From a virus, in the IMG/VR virus record IMGVR_UViG_3300005573_000057, positions 32,001 to 96,000 of that record: a stretch of 64,000 nucleotides of DNA. The stretch is one strand, 5' to 3'. Shown here piece after piece: positions 54,061-63,805 of the stretch (positions are counted from its first letter, which is position 1; every line of letters starts with the position of its first letter). The notes below the pieces were generated by a model. The model ran no database searches. It was not told the origin of the DNA and worked only from the letters and a program-made list of their open reading frames with translations. The translations under genes and the position numbers were made by a program.

Positions 54061-54743
54061 TTGTCCAATTCACCAAAATTGGTGGATTCTACCTCCAGAG
54101 CGACGTAGTATTCCAATTTGCCATCAGCACTTCGGAACCGGCTAACACGTTTACGATGCAACGCAACACGATACTCTGTCGGAATCATCTTCATGTTTTC
54201 TGTTCGCATGTAAGCTGTAAACGGGAGTTTTGTACTTGCTTCTCCCAAATCCAACACGAAAGCGTTTGAAGTATCGTTCTTTTTATCAGCGACTAGAGCA
54301 GAAACAGTACCGCCACCGTCAGAAGTAAAAGCCACGTCATACGCTCTAAGAGTCGTTGATGCACGCATAATTCTCTGAAAATCGTGTTCTTTGATGGTAA
54401 ATTCAACATCTTCTCCCGGAAAAGCAATTTTCTTGCTTCGATAGATCAAAACAGATGGGTCTGCAAAATAAAATTTTACACTGCTTCCAGCACCTTCCAA
54501 TCGAACAAATTTTTCCTCAAACTTGAGTTCTGGCGGTGTTTCAAACAACGCACAAGCCCCAAGAAATTCGGACAAGTCGTAAATCCCAAACTGCACAGGA
54601 AACACTTCTGAAACCTTTGCATACCCAACAATCGTTTTTTGGGCATTCATAGTGTTCAATTCACTTCCGGGCATGATCAAAAGATTCGAATTGATCGAAG
54701 AAAAGTTTTTGAGAACAGCTATCGTTTCTCTTGATAATTTCAT
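54057..54743 (-). CDS. gp45: Sliding clamp
   Basis: MKLS.ETI.VLKNFSSIN, FGIYDL.EFL, ENMKMIP..Y.V, YYVALE. Confidence 0.95.
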   Translation of the reverse strand: MKLSRETIAVLKNFSSINSNLLIMPGSELNTMNAQKTIVGYAKVSEVFPVQFGIYDLSEFLGACALFETPPELKFEEKFVRLEGAGSSVKFYFADPSVLIYRSKKIAFPGEDVEFTIKEHDFQRIMRASTTLRAYDVAFTSDGGGTVSALVADKKNDTSNAFVLDLGEASTKLPFTAYMRTENMKMIPTEYRVALHRKRVSRFRSADGKLEYYVALEVESTNFGELDK

Positions 54744-54882
54744 AAAAATTCCTTTGGTAGTCAATTTGCAAATTTTAACACGACAACGATTGAAAGTGAA
54801 GGGATGCTTTTTCTTTACACTCCAAAAATTTTTCAATGTACTCGCGTTTCAGAGGACGAACAAAAACTTGAGGACTGCCCAT

Positions 54883-55030
54883 TTGACATCCTCCCCGGCT
54901 CAAAGGCGGGAGATTCCTACTGCGTTCAACACAAAACATGCTGACTCGCTTCGGCGGGTTCCTGCTTCACAGAACGGCCTTGCTGCACCGATTCTCCACA
55001 GGCTAACAAGCGGTATCCCCGCTCTAAAAT
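54883..55030 (-). ncRNA. TnpB omegaRNA scaffold (overlaps the tnpB 3' end; guide from the flank atgggcagtcctcaag)
   Basis: This region is retained in the ORF-less mini-element at 30253-30400; matches established TnpB architecture. Confidence 0.7.
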
Positions 55031-56143
55031 GTTAATCGCGCCGACCAAATCGGCGTTTTCCTTAAAACCACATTCTACACATGCAAACTTGGCTTGTGTT
55101 TGGCGGTTCTCTGCGGCAACATGACCGCAGTGCGGACACGTCTGGCTTGTGTAATGAGCCGGAACTGGAAGCAGAATGCCACCGTTCCAAGTCATTTTGT
55201 ATTCCAGTTGTCGCCTGAATTCGTCCCATCCCTGATCGAGAATGGCGCGATTCAGTCCAAACTTCTGAGCTACGTTTTTACCCGGTGCTTCGCTATTGCC
55301 TTTAGAAGACTTGGACATATTCCGTACCTGCAAATCTTCAATAACAATCATAGCGTGGTTTTTGCTGATTGTGGTTGAAGTCTTGTGCAGGAAATCTTTG
55401 CGGGCATTAGCGATAGTGCTGTGAATCTTCTGGACTTTAGCTTTCGCCTTTTTCCAGTTACTACTGAACTTAACCTTTCGAGACATGGCACGTTGGTACC
55501 GTGCTAGTCTTTGTTGATGTTTCTTGAAACTGTTAAGCGGTTTAATATAGCTACCATCGCTCAAGGTAGCAAACCGAGTAATGCCCATGTCGATTCCAAT
55601 GGCGCTAGTAGCTGTTGGAATAGGTTGTTCAACTTCGCGTTCAGTTTGAATACTCACAAACCACTTGTCACCGGCTTTGCTGATAGTGACATTGCGTACA
55701 TTGCCTAGCACATCACGACTGTTGCGGTAACGCAACCAACCAAGTTTAGGCAGGTAAATACGGTTGTTGCATTGTTCTAGTTTGATACTTTTCGGGTCTG
55801 GATAACGAAAACTGAGGTGTTGCCCTTTTTTCTTGAACTTTGGAAAATCCGCACGCTTGGCAAAGAAATTGGCATAGGCACGTTCCAAATTCTTGAGCGA
55901 TTGTTGCAACGGGTGAACAGGAGAATCTCTTAACCACGTAGTATCGGTGCTGTTGCGCCATTCTGTGAGCATCTTGCACAACCCCGCATAACCAAGCTTT
56001 TTCTCGCGTTGCTCGTAACGCTCTTTCTGCATCGCTAAAGCCTTGTTGAAAACAAACCGGCACGACCCGGCGAAGCTACGCATTTTGCGTTGCTGTTCGC
56101 CGTTTGGCATCAGTTCGTATTTGTAGGCTTGTAGACGTTTCAT
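54926..56143 (-). CDS. tnpB: RNA-guided endonuclease TnpB
   Basis: HTH N-terminus, RuvC GIDMG / IEDL / NADLVGAINI, Zn ribbon CPHCG..CVECG. Confidence 0.96.
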   Translation of the reverse strand: MKRLQAYKYELMPNGEQQRKMRSFAGSCRFVFNKALAMQKERYEQREKKLGYAGLCKMLTEWRNSTDTTWLRDSPVHPLQQSLKNLERAYANFFAKRADFPKFKKKGQHLSFRYPDPKSIKLEQCNNRIYLPKLGWLRYRNSRDVLGNVRNVTISKAGDKWFVSIQTEREVEQPIPTATSAIGIDMGITRFATLSDGSYIKPLNSFKKHQQRLARYQRAMSRKVKFSSNWKKAKAKVQKIHSTIANARKDFLHKTSTTISKNHAMIVIEDLQVRNMSKSSKGNSEAPGKNVAQKFGLNRAILDQGWDEFRRQLEYKMTWNGGILLPVPAHYTSQTCPHCGHVAAENRQTQAKFACVECGFKENADLVGAINILERGYRLLACGESVQQGRSVKQEPAEASQHVLC

Positions 56144-56263
56144 GGCTTTATTATACTAGGTCTATGGTTCAAAAGCAACAACAGATTTACTTTCGCGCTA
56201 TCATTCCCCGCCTTGAACGGCGGGGTTTGTCGCGCAACTAAAATCAAGAACAGATCGAACCCA

Positions 56264-57010
56264 TTAACTGGCTGTTCCAACTCGTTCAGAAGCCTCGATA
56301 AATTCTTTGACCAACGAAGAACGAACAATATCATTGATCGTAAACCGTATCCCCGTATGAGATTTCATGCGATTAGCAACTTGCATGAATTCCCCCAATC
56401 CACTAACTTCATGACGCTTGAATTGCAGATCATCCTGACGCACATCCCCACAAATGATGATCTTCGAATCATGCCCAACTCGGGTAATGATAGTTGACAG
56501 TTCTCCGAAGTGCATGTTCTGAGCTTCATCGACTATGATCACAGAGTTGTTAAAAGTTGTTCCGCGCATGAAAGATGTGACCATAAAACGGATATGCTTT
56601 TGTTCAACAAGTCGTTGGTATGCATCAGGACGACCAAGCAAGTCTGCCGCAATCTGCGTATAGGGAGTTTCATACATTGCGGCTTTTTCTTCAACAGTAC
56701 CAGGGGTGAAACCAATATCACGGCCCTGCACAGCAGATCGAACAATAATCAAATGCTGATATGGTGTCGATTTATCCAACACTTCATCCAACGCAAGATA
56801 CATCGCCAAAAAGCTTTTCCCGGTTCCAGCACTTCCCAACAAAGTCATAAAATAATCACCACGTCGATAGGCTTTGAAAACCTCGTTTTGCGCCATTGTC
56901 AATGGCTTAATTTCTTTCAAGTTGTTATGACTAACTTTCAGAGTCGTTGTACGCGGGGCATACTCAGGCGCAGGACGTTCGATTTCTTGGACTACATTAC
57001 GTTTTGCCAT
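56264..57010 (-). CDS. phoH: PhoH-like ATPase
   Basis: GSAGTGKSF, IGFTPG..EEK, FMRGTTF, VDEAQN, ITRVG, CGD..Q.DL, DIVRS. Confidence 0.95.
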   Translation of the reverse strand: MAKRNVVQEIERPAPEYAPRTTTLKVSHNNLKEIKPLTMAQNEVFKAYRRGDYFMTLLGSAGTGKSFLAMYLALDEVLDKSTPYQHLIIVRSAVQGRDIGFTPGTVEEKAAMYETPYTQIAADLLGRPDAYQRLVEQKHIRFMVTSFMRGTTFNNSVIIVDEAQNMHFGELSTIITRVGHDSKIIICGDVRQDDLQFKRHEVSGLGEFMQVANRMKSHTGIRFTINDIVRSSLVKEFIEASERVGTAS

Positions 57011-57033
57011 AATTATTTTTTTAGAAAGTCTGG

Positions 57034-57675
57034 TTAGTTAATATCAGGAGGGAGATACGGAGCCAAAACTGGTTCTCTCCAACCTGCCGGTTTTACGACT
57101 TTACCATTTTCGTCACGGTTAGCATACATTCCAGATCCTTGACAAGTTGGGCAATCTGGATTCAATGGATCAGGAGCATCGCACAAAGAAAACTTTTCAA
57201 AATTTGCCCTTGCCACTTCCTTCCATGCATCCGGCGTTGCATAGCCACCAGCAGCAGTTGCACCAATTGTGACCCAAACAATGTCTAGCAAATGATCAAG
57301 CAACTTCGCGGCTTTTGCTTGTTGATTATTAAATACGGAGTTGACAAAATCGGGTGTATCTTTGTTTTTGAGTTTTTCAGCAGCCTTTTTGAGTTCAATT
57401 AGGAGTTCTGGTGTAAAAACGTCACTACCTTCGAATTCAGTAACGAGTTCCGACATTTCTTCCATCATCAACCCAAGTTGAAATTGTAGAAGCTTAGAAT
57501 CAAATCTTCGCATCCGTTGAAGTTGTTTCGCAATCATCATCCATGAAACCACGGAAGAAATAGGGTTTTCACTGATTGATTGGAACACCGAAACGGCATG
57601 AGCTTGAACTTCTTGTTGTGTTACAACAACTTCTGCGTCTACGTGCTCTGTTTGTTGCTTTTCTTCTGTATTCAT
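57034..57675 (-). CDS. MazG-like NTP pyrophosphohydrolase
   Basis: EEMSE, LD.LLDIVWV.IG, EVARAN..K, RDENGKVVKP.GW..P. Confidence 0.78.
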   Translation of the reverse strand: MNTEEKQQTEHVDAEVVVTQQEVQAHAVSVFQSISENPISSVVSWMMIAKQLQRMRRFDSKLLQFQLGLMMEEMSELVTEFEGSDVFTPELLIELKKAAEKLKNKDTPDFVNSVFNNQQAKAAKLLDHLLDIVWVTIGATAAGGYATPDAWKEVARANFEKFSLCDAPDPLNPDCPTCQGSGMYANRDENGKVVKPAGWREPVLAPYLPPDIN

Positions 57676-57683
57676 AAAATTTC

Positions 57684-57974
57684 CTAAACAACGGCAAAGT
57701 CGCCGGGAGATTTACGGGGCTTCAAATGCAAAACGATACATTCACCAGCATCATCATAAGAAATATCAAAACAAATCAAGGAAGATCCAAAATAAGTCAA
57801 TACTCCATTAGTATAACGAATTGACGTAATTTTGTTTTTTGATCTTTTGGAATCTACATTATAAAGTTCGGTAATAAGTTCCTTCATCGTTTCATTAAAA
57901 TCATACCGAAGCCTAAGATTGACCGATGTGATAATCGTTTGGAATTGTGCTTTGTCAGAAACTTTGATTTCCAT
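57684..57974 (-). CDS. Hypothetical protein
   Basis: ORF in operon context. Confidence 0.55.
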   Translation of the reverse strand: MEIKVSDKAQFQTIITSVNLRLRYDFNETMKELITELYNVDSKRSKNKITSIRYTNGVLTYFGSSLICFDISYDDAGECIVLHLKPRKSPGDFAVV

Positions 57975-57976
57975 GC

Positions 57977-58002
57977 AAACAAGGGGGATTGCTCCCCCTT
58001 CC
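57977..58002 (-). terminator. Probable terminator after gp32
   Basis: Reverse complement: aagggggagcaatcccccttgttt. Confidence 0.6.
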
Positions 58003-58006
58003 CTTC

Positions 58007-58951
58007 TTAAGTTTTTGCTTCCAAGTGTGCAAAATAGTCTTCGATGCTTCCTTCGTCCGAATCGAAGTTTGACTCTGCGCTTGTACCGCTTTCTTTCTTT
58101 TCCATCAAGGGAGCAATTGACGGCTTTTCAGGCGCTGATTTTGCAGGTGGCAGACTTGACTGTTGAATACTTCCGCCAAGCCCGAAACGAACATTGTCGG
58201 TGTTCCCGATAACCGCCAAAAACTTGCGCTTGAGTTCGTCGTATGACTTGAACTGATCTGGAGCAACGAATGAAGACAATAGTGGCAATTCCTCCATCAT
58301 CTTCACAACTTTGTCAATATCAGCGTTCAGAGGCCCCTTCTTGTACCACGAACTTTTGTCATAGTTCATCTGTTCATCAACTTTTGTCGCCCGAAGCTTA
58401 AATGTTGCACCATCGTCCCACATATCCCATGCGCTTGCAATTTCAGTTTCTTCATCGACAAACTGTGGTTTCGCCTTTTCCATGATCATTTCAAAAATCT
58501 TCCTCCCGTATCGGAAAAAGAAAACCTTTCCTTCATTGTCGGGATTACCCGGATCACGAACAACATAAATCTTTGAAATATAAAAAAGCTTTCGTTTACG
58601 TTGACGCGCAATCGCTTTCGCTTCATTAGTACCGACCTCATTCCACAAGATTGTGTTTGCTTCTGCTACCGGATCGTCTTCGCCAATGGTAGTACGAGAA
58701 TTTTCGATATACCACTTACCTGTCGGCCCCTTGAATTCATGTTTGTACAGTTTAACCCAAGGCAGATCATCACCATCCAAATTGATCAAAAATCGAATAT
58801 CAGCAGAAGCATTTCCACTCTTATCAGGAGTGTATTTCCAAAACCTCGGATCTTCGTATGACGAATTACTGTTCGATTTACTCATTTCTTCCGTGATTGT
58901 AGAAAAGCTAGAGGCAGCTTTAGCACGGAGTTTATCAAGTTGTGTAGACAT
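58007..58951 (-). CDS. gp32: Single-stranded DNA binding protein
   Basis: DPRFWK..DKSGN, IRFL, GKWYIENS.TT.G..DPV, DP.NP.NEGKVF, FKSYDELK. Confidence 0.96.
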   Translation of the reverse strand: MSTQLDKLRAKAASSFSTITEEMSKSNSNSSYEDPRFWKYTPDKSGNASADIRFLINLDGDDLPWVKLYKHEFKGPTGKWYIENSRTTIGEDDPVAEANTILWNEVGTNEAKAIARQRKRKLFYISKIYVVRDPGNPDNEGKVFFFRYGRKIFEMIMEKAKPQFVDEETEIASAWDMWDDGATFKLRATKVDEQMNYDKSSWYKKGPLNADIDKVVKMMEELPLLSSFVAPDQFKSYDELKRKFLAVIGNTDNVRFGLGGSIQQSSLPPAKSAPEKPSIAPLMEKKESGTSAESNFDSDEGSIEDYFAHLEAKT

Positions 58952-59012
58952 TTGTATTTCCTTTAAGATGCGCCACAGAATAACGTGGCAAAAGTGGCAT
59001 TAACGCCTAGTT

Positions 59013-59192
59013 TTATTCACGAATGAACCGCTTCAAATCGACACCATACTTTGATTCGATCTCGCTTATCTCGTCATCGTCATCATTCTGAACGATTGAC
59101 TTCGATTTTTTAGTTACATTGGATGAACGCTTTTGGAATTCTTCATCTTCAAGCGTTTTCCGAAACTTTTTACAGTTTTTAACAGTCTTCAT
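59013..59192 (-). CDS. Hypothetical protein
   Basis: Short charged ORF upstream of gp32. Confidence 0.55.
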   Translation of the reverse strand: MKTVKNCKKFRKTLEDEEFQKRSSNVTKKSKSIVQNDDDDEISEIESKYGVDLKRFIRE

Positions 59193-59329
59193 GGTGAAAA
59201 TTTTAGAGAGTAATGTTATTCTTCGCCGTCCAGAAAAGCAACGTTTGCCGAGCAATCGTTAAAAATCTCATTTTGACACCTGTTCCAATATGTAGGCAGT
59301 GTATCCCAACGGAAATTGAAAAGCAAGAC

Positions 59330-60727
59330 TTAATCGAACACAAAGCCACTATGACGTGAGCGATCCGTCGAACGATCAAACAACGGAACATCATCACGAT
59401 TCGCAGGAGAATCCTTATCGGCTTTCGGCGTATCGAACAACGGCGCATCAACATCAAACAGCTTCATGCGACTCTTATCGACGCCAACGATGAACCGCCG
59501 CATCACCGAAACATCCGAATATCGGTTTTTCAGTTGTTTGAACAGCAGTTGATTGGCCTTTTCAAGTTCTTCGTTCGTCATCACAACAAGAAGCAAATCG
59601 GCAGTCATAGGGCCACCAACGCTATCGGAAGTGTCCCCCAAATCAACATCGGAATTGTTCATCCCACCACGATTGGTTTGCGTGCTTGTTATAAGTGCAA
59701 CATCGTATTCTACAGCCAAACCGCGCAGTTCTTCCGCAATCGACTTCACATAGGAGTAAGTATTCACTCCAGTTCCCATCTTCAATCGCTGACTTGCAGC
59801 AATGTTCATGTAGTCCACAATGACGATCTGAGGGCGGAAATCTTTCTTAACCTTTAGTTCCTCAATGAGAGCACGAAAATGGCCAGCATGAGCCTGAGCA
59901 GTAGGATACTCTTTGATGATGATTTTACCACGCTTGAGCGCATTGATCTTTTCAAGATAAATCCCCTTGTTCATCTTTTTAAGGTCTTGCAAGGGCACAT
60001 TCAGTAGGTTAGCATCAATACGTTCAGCAATCCGTTCCTCGGCCATTTCGAGAGTAATGTAGAGTACATTGTAGCCCTTCAACAGATAGCTTGCTGCAAA
60101 ATGACAATTTACCAAGGTTTTCCCAACACCAGTTGGAGCCATGATGATTGACAAAGTTTTCGGCATCAGTCCACCATTGGTAATGGTGTTCAAACACTCA
60201 AGGTCAAATGGAATCTTTTCCTCAAACTTGTGGCGCAAATCAAACCGCGCTTCCGCGTCCTCAATAAAATCATGTCCGATCTTGGTATCGAAATTGATCT
60301 GCAAAGCATTTGAAAATAAGGTAGGCAACGAATCCTTTTTCATACTTGGATGGTTCCCTTCGATAATCTCAAGTGACTCCATAATCGCCAAAAACAAGGC
60401 TCGATCCCGACACCACTTTTCCGTTTTTTCAATCAACCACTTTTCATCTGTTACAACGACTTTATGAAGTTCGCTTAGGAGTTCATGACTTTCGGAAATC
60501 ACTGCATCTGGAAAGCCGGTCAACGAGTTAACATCGAGGCTAACCATCGTCATTGTTGGAACTTTATTGTACTTATTGAAACTTTGTTGAAACGCCGAAA
60601 AGATTGCTTGTTCTGGTTTCTCGCTGAAATAATCTGGTTTAATATAAGGGGTCACATATCGTGCATACGTATCACTGTTCAAAAGACCACCAAGGATTGC
60701 TATTTCAATTCGTTTTGGCAAGTTCAT
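59330..60727 (-). CDS. gp41: Replicative DNA helicase
   Basis: APTGVGKT, YITLEMAEERIAERIDAN, KEYPT, VDYMNI, IAEELRGLAVE, KQLKNRY. Confidence 0.97.
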   Translation of the reverse strand: MNLPKRIEIAILGGLLNSDTYARYVTPYIKPDYFSEKPEQAIFSAFQQSFNKYNKVPTMTMVSLDVNSLTGFPDAVISESHELLSELHKVVVTDEKWLIEKTEKWCRDRALFLAIMESLEIIEGNHPSMKKDSLPTLFSNALQINFDTKIGHDFIEDAEARFDLRHKFEEKIPFDLECLNTITNGGLMPKTLSIIMAPTGVGKTLVNCHFAASYLLKGYNVLYITLEMAEERIAERIDANLLNVPLQDLKKMNKGIYLEKINALKRGKIIIKEYPTAQAHAGHFRALIEELKVKKDFRPQIVIVDYMNIAASQRLKMGTGVNTYSYVKSIAEELRGLAVEYDVALITSTQTNRGGMNNSDVDLGDTSDSVGGPMTADLLLVVMTNEELEKANQLLFKQLKNRYSDVSVMRRFIVGVDKSRMKLFDVDAPLFDTPKADKDSPANRDDVPLFDRSTDRSRHSGFVFD

Positions 60728-60999
60728 AGTGAGAGTTGATAAGTGCATTGTTCTTGGTTCGACATTTCTTTCACAACTTCTTCCAACACACTATACAGAC
60801 TTGGGCGACTATCTTCTTCAAAATCCTTTTGATTAACCCACTTGAAAACCGAATTCTCTGTTTTACTTTGGATAACCATTGTAGGCAAATTTTCAGCCCA
60901 AGCATCTAAAATCTTCACGAATACCAATAATGTATCCGTTGAAAACTGAAACATATTGTAAAAGTCAACAGTCACGTCATCAAGCTTGAGCTTCGTCAT
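60724..60999 (-). CDS. Hypothetical protein (in the gp40 position)
   Basis: Between uvsX and gp41. Confidence 0.5.
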   Translation of the reverse strand: MTKLKLDDVTVDFYNMFQFSTDTLLVFVKILDAWAENLPTMVIQSKTENSVFKWVNQKDFEEDSRPSLYSVLEEVVKEMSNQEQCTYQLSL

Positions 61000-62044
61000 C
61001 TGTTTCTCCGGTTTCTTCTACAGTTGCAGGAACCTCGCTACCAAACATAAACGCACTCTTAGTATACGTGTCAATCATATCAAGAGTAGCAGGAGTAAAA
61101 TACTTTTCTGGATCTGCGTAAATCCTAGATTCAAATGTCTTTTCTTCGCCAATCTTGATAAACTTTCCCTCTTTCGACCAGATCCCCGCTGCAAGGGCAA
61201 AATCGAGAAGTCCGTGATACCGAGACAAGCCATTTTCATAGGACAAGCTTGTTTCGACTTGCAACCCTTCGCGTGTAAAGCGGCTTTTTGCCAACGTGAT
61301 TTTCAGAGTGTTCCCAACAACGAGCGAACCATCCTTTTCTCGGGTTTTGCTGATCATCAGGACTGTGCTAGCAGCATAGTTGCCACCTTTGCCACCACCT
61401 GTCGTTTTTGTCGGAACATACGATCCAATTGTATCACTCACATGGTTTGTCATGATCAGTGGGACATTCAAAACACCCATTTCGAGCGACAAGATCCTGA
61501 AAGCCCCACGGATCAATTGAGCGCGTGTCATGTCCCGCGTATCTTCACCTTCCTTCGCATCCCCAATTTCTTTACTCGTCGAAAGCATCCCCAACGAATC
61601 TAGCACCATCATCATTGGAGGACGATTTTTCATTTTTTTGTATGATTCCAAAACCCTAGCAGCTTGTGTTCGAAATTGTTGTACTGTTGCAACAGGCACA
61701 ACAAGAATTCGACTCGTATCCATCTTACGGGATTTGAACATATTCAAACTCAAAGCACCTTCTGATTCAAAAAACACAACCTGACCAGTCGGGTTTTTAC
61801 TCAAGAAATCGGCCATGAAGGACATGGCAAAGTACGTTTTGCCGACCGATGGATCACCTGCCAACATGATCGTTTTGTTTGATGGAAACCCCCCATAAAT
61901 TGATCCGCACAAAAGAGCATTCAAGGCATAGCTGCCAGTGTCTATGTATGTTGATACTTGACCGATAAGGCCATCTTCGACTACTGATGCATATTCATTG
62001 CCGAGAACAGAGACAATATTTTCCAAAAAAGTGTTTGTTGCCAT
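60980..62044 (-). CDS. uvsX: RecA-like recombinase
   Basis: DTGSYALNAL, AGDPSVGKT, DSLGMLST.KE, DMTRAQ, KSRFTRE. Confidence 0.96.
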   Translation of the reverse strand: MATNTFLENIVSVLGNEYASVVEDGLIGQVSTYIDTGSYALNALLCGSIYGGFPSNKTIMLAGDPSVGKTYFAMSFMADFLSKNPTGQVVFFESEGALSLNMFKSRKMDTSRILVVPVATVQQFRTQAARVLESYKKMKNRPPMMMVLDSLGMLSTSKEIGDAKEGEDTRDMTRAQLIRGAFRILSLEMGVLNVPLIMTNHVSDTIGSYVPTKTTGGGKGGNYAASTVLMISKTREKDGSLVVGNTLKITLAKSRFTREGLQVETSLSYENGLSRYHGLLDFALAAGIWSKEGKFIKIGEEKTFESRIYADPEKYFTPATLDMIDTYTKSAFMFGSEVPATVEETGETDDEAQA

Positions 62045-62115
62045 AGGAGAAAGATAAAATAGTGATGGAAGACAATTCTATGCTGGCTAGAATTGAACGC
62101 TAGAGATTGACTACA

Positions 62116-62367
62116 TCAAACGTCTGCAACCTTGTCCAGTTGCGAACCAGGAGTGCGATGATGAATGTCCCGTAGAACCTCTTTGAATCCCCCAGGAACC
62201 TTTTGGCGTGACAGGCGAATAGGATCTATAAAGGAATTGATAGGGGGCGTCAAATGGACTTGCTCAAGTTCGGGGTGAGTTTCCAAAAAGGTTTCACGTT
62301 CAGAAATTTTCATCAACTGTTCGAACGTTTCACCAGTTTCTTTGTTGCGAAATTCATATGTGGGCAT
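62116..62367 (-). CDS. FmdB-like small protein
   Basis: MPTYEF....TGE.FE..M.ISE...FL..HP; GFKEVL..I...PGS. Confidence 0.75.
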   Translation of the reverse strand: MPTYEFRNKETGETFEQLMKISERETFLETHPELEQVHLTPPINSFIDPIRLSRQKVPGGFKEVLRDIHHRTPGSQLDKVADV

Positions 62368-62412
62368 AGCGGTTCCTTTTGTTGTTTGGTAGTTATCACG
62401 AGACTACGAAGT

Positions 62413-62670
62413 TTACTTTCTCCCGTAGGAACCACGCTTAACTCCAGAAATGCTTCCGCGACCACGTTTCTGTCCATCTGTTGAAATGGTATCTGTATTA
62501 TAATCCATATTCTTTTCGTATGTCAAGCCTTGATTTGTGTAGTAAATTGTACCACATCGAAGTTTTATCTCTGATTGGTCTTTTCCCCACCGATAATCTA
62601 CCACGGAAACGGATGGATCTGAATTTCCTAGATCACACACCTTGCTCAAAAGTTCATCTAATGAAATCAT
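62413..62670 (-). CDS. Hypothetical protein
   Basis: ORF in operon context. Confidence 0.5.
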   Translation of the reverse strand: MISLDELLSKVCDLGNSDPSVSVVDYRWGKDQSEIKLRCGTIYYTNQGLTYEKNMDYNTDTISTDGQKRGRGSISGVKRGSYGRK

Positions 62671-62676
62671 GGACGA

Positions 62677-62700
62677 TAAAGGGGCCTTTCGGCCCCTCCC
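62677..62700 (-). terminator. Probable terminator after the DUF932 gene
   Basis: Reverse complement: aggggccgaaaggccccttta. Confidence 0.65.
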
Positions 62701-62705
62701 TCTTG

Positions 62706-63683
62706 TTATGCCAGTGCCAGAAGTTCTTCCATCGCACGATCTTTCATGTCCGAGGAAGCGCCTGTAAAACTATCAGCAAACTGCGCTGACTGATCGCGGC
62801 GACCTGTACCGTGAGTGTACATATTCGTAACCGCATTCAACGCGCCCCAAGCTGTACCCTTTGCCATGTCTGCGCCTGCACCTTCATTGTACAGACTCAA
62901 CAGTCTATCGAGCCTACGAGTGGCACCCCACTTTTGATCTTCTTCGGAAAGCTTCGGATCGAACACCAGCTTCTTGAAGAACTCATTGACTTGTTGATCT
63001 GCCATCGGCGTTTCGGCCAGCTTGTTGATCTTATTGATGAACACGACCCAACTATCATCAAGAACGCCCATGTCAATCTTGACCGATTTGGCATCGAATT
63101 CGGCATGGTGAGTCTTGCGAATCACTTTACCGCCTTCACGAAGCGCGACATTCAGCGTGTTATTGCACACCACCCGAGTTGACACAAATTGTGCTGTTGT
63201 CGATTGAGTACCATCCACAGAAGTTGTCAGAAGCAGGTTTCCACGAACTTCATCATTGCCATTGATCTTGGTTTCCTTGCCAACTTCGGCAAGTGCCCAA
63301 AACTTTTTGCCGCCAAACAAGGTTCCAGCAGTCGAAAGCTTCATTCCATTCAAGGCGACCAGATCGCGGAAAAATTCAAGAACCTCTCCAGGTTGTACAA
63401 TCTTGAAACTTTCACCCATCACCGAAAGCGGCGCTTTCGTATCGCTACGGTAGAGCACTTTCTTACCAGGAAACGGAACAACCTGATACCCTTGATCGTT
63501 GGTGTAGTCAAAAAATACATCCGAACGCTCGACTGTCCAATCCAAACCGGCAACCTTTTTCCATTCTTCGATGGACGCATTTTCTGGAAGTTCGTTTCCA
63601 AGACCGTGCCAAATTGCATCCCGACTACCGATGAAAGCAAATTCAACGGAACCATCTTCACGTACTGTAAGTTCATGAGACAT
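62706..63683 (-). CDS. DUF932 phage/plasmid-like protein
   Basis: WHGLG, AGLDW.V, YRSD, VQP.E.LEFF, TAG.L.GG..FWALA, RVVCNNTL, GTAWG.LNAVT. Confidence 0.9.
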   Translation of the reverse strand: MSHELTVREDGSVEFAFIGSRDAIWHGLGNELPENASIEEWKKVAGLDWTVERSDVFFDYTNDQGYQVVPFPGKKVLYRSDTKAPLSVMGESFKIVQPGEVLEFFRDLVALNGMKLSTAGTLFGGKKFWALAEVGKETKINGNDEVRGNLLLTTSVDGTQSTTAQFVSTRVVCNNTLNVALREGGKVIRKTHHAEFDAKSVKIDMGVLDDSWVVFINKINKLAETPMADQQVNEFFKKLVFDPKLSEEDQKWGATRRLDRLLSLYNEGAGADMAKGTAWGALNAVTNMYTHGTGRRDQSAQFADSFTGASSDMKDRAMEELLALA

Positions 63684-63726
63684 GACAAACTCCAAAGTTG
63701 AGAAAGAAATTACAAACCACAATTGA

Positions 63727-63754
63727 ATTGTACATCAATTTTCCCGACTGTCAA
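63727..63754 (-). promoter_or_regulatory. Sigma70-type early promoter
   Basis: Reverse complement: TTGACAgtcgggaaaattgatgTACAAT. Confidence 0.7.
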
Positions 63755-63805
63755 GAACCTTTTTCAACGTTTGTGGTAGCGGCCATAGAAAACGCCACCC
63801 GGAAC

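Larger units (their letters stand above)
54883..56242 (-). mobile_element. IS605/IS1341-type tnpB-only element
   Basis: Follows TTGAT; left hairpin ccccgccgttcaaggcgggg; right hairpin and terminal GTCAA. Confidence 0.9.

Noticed and set aside
54860-54882. Self-targeting of other window loci by the TnpB or IscB guides
   Set aside because: By eye I found no second full match of any guide next to the proper motif; an exhaustive search of the whole genome and host is still needed.
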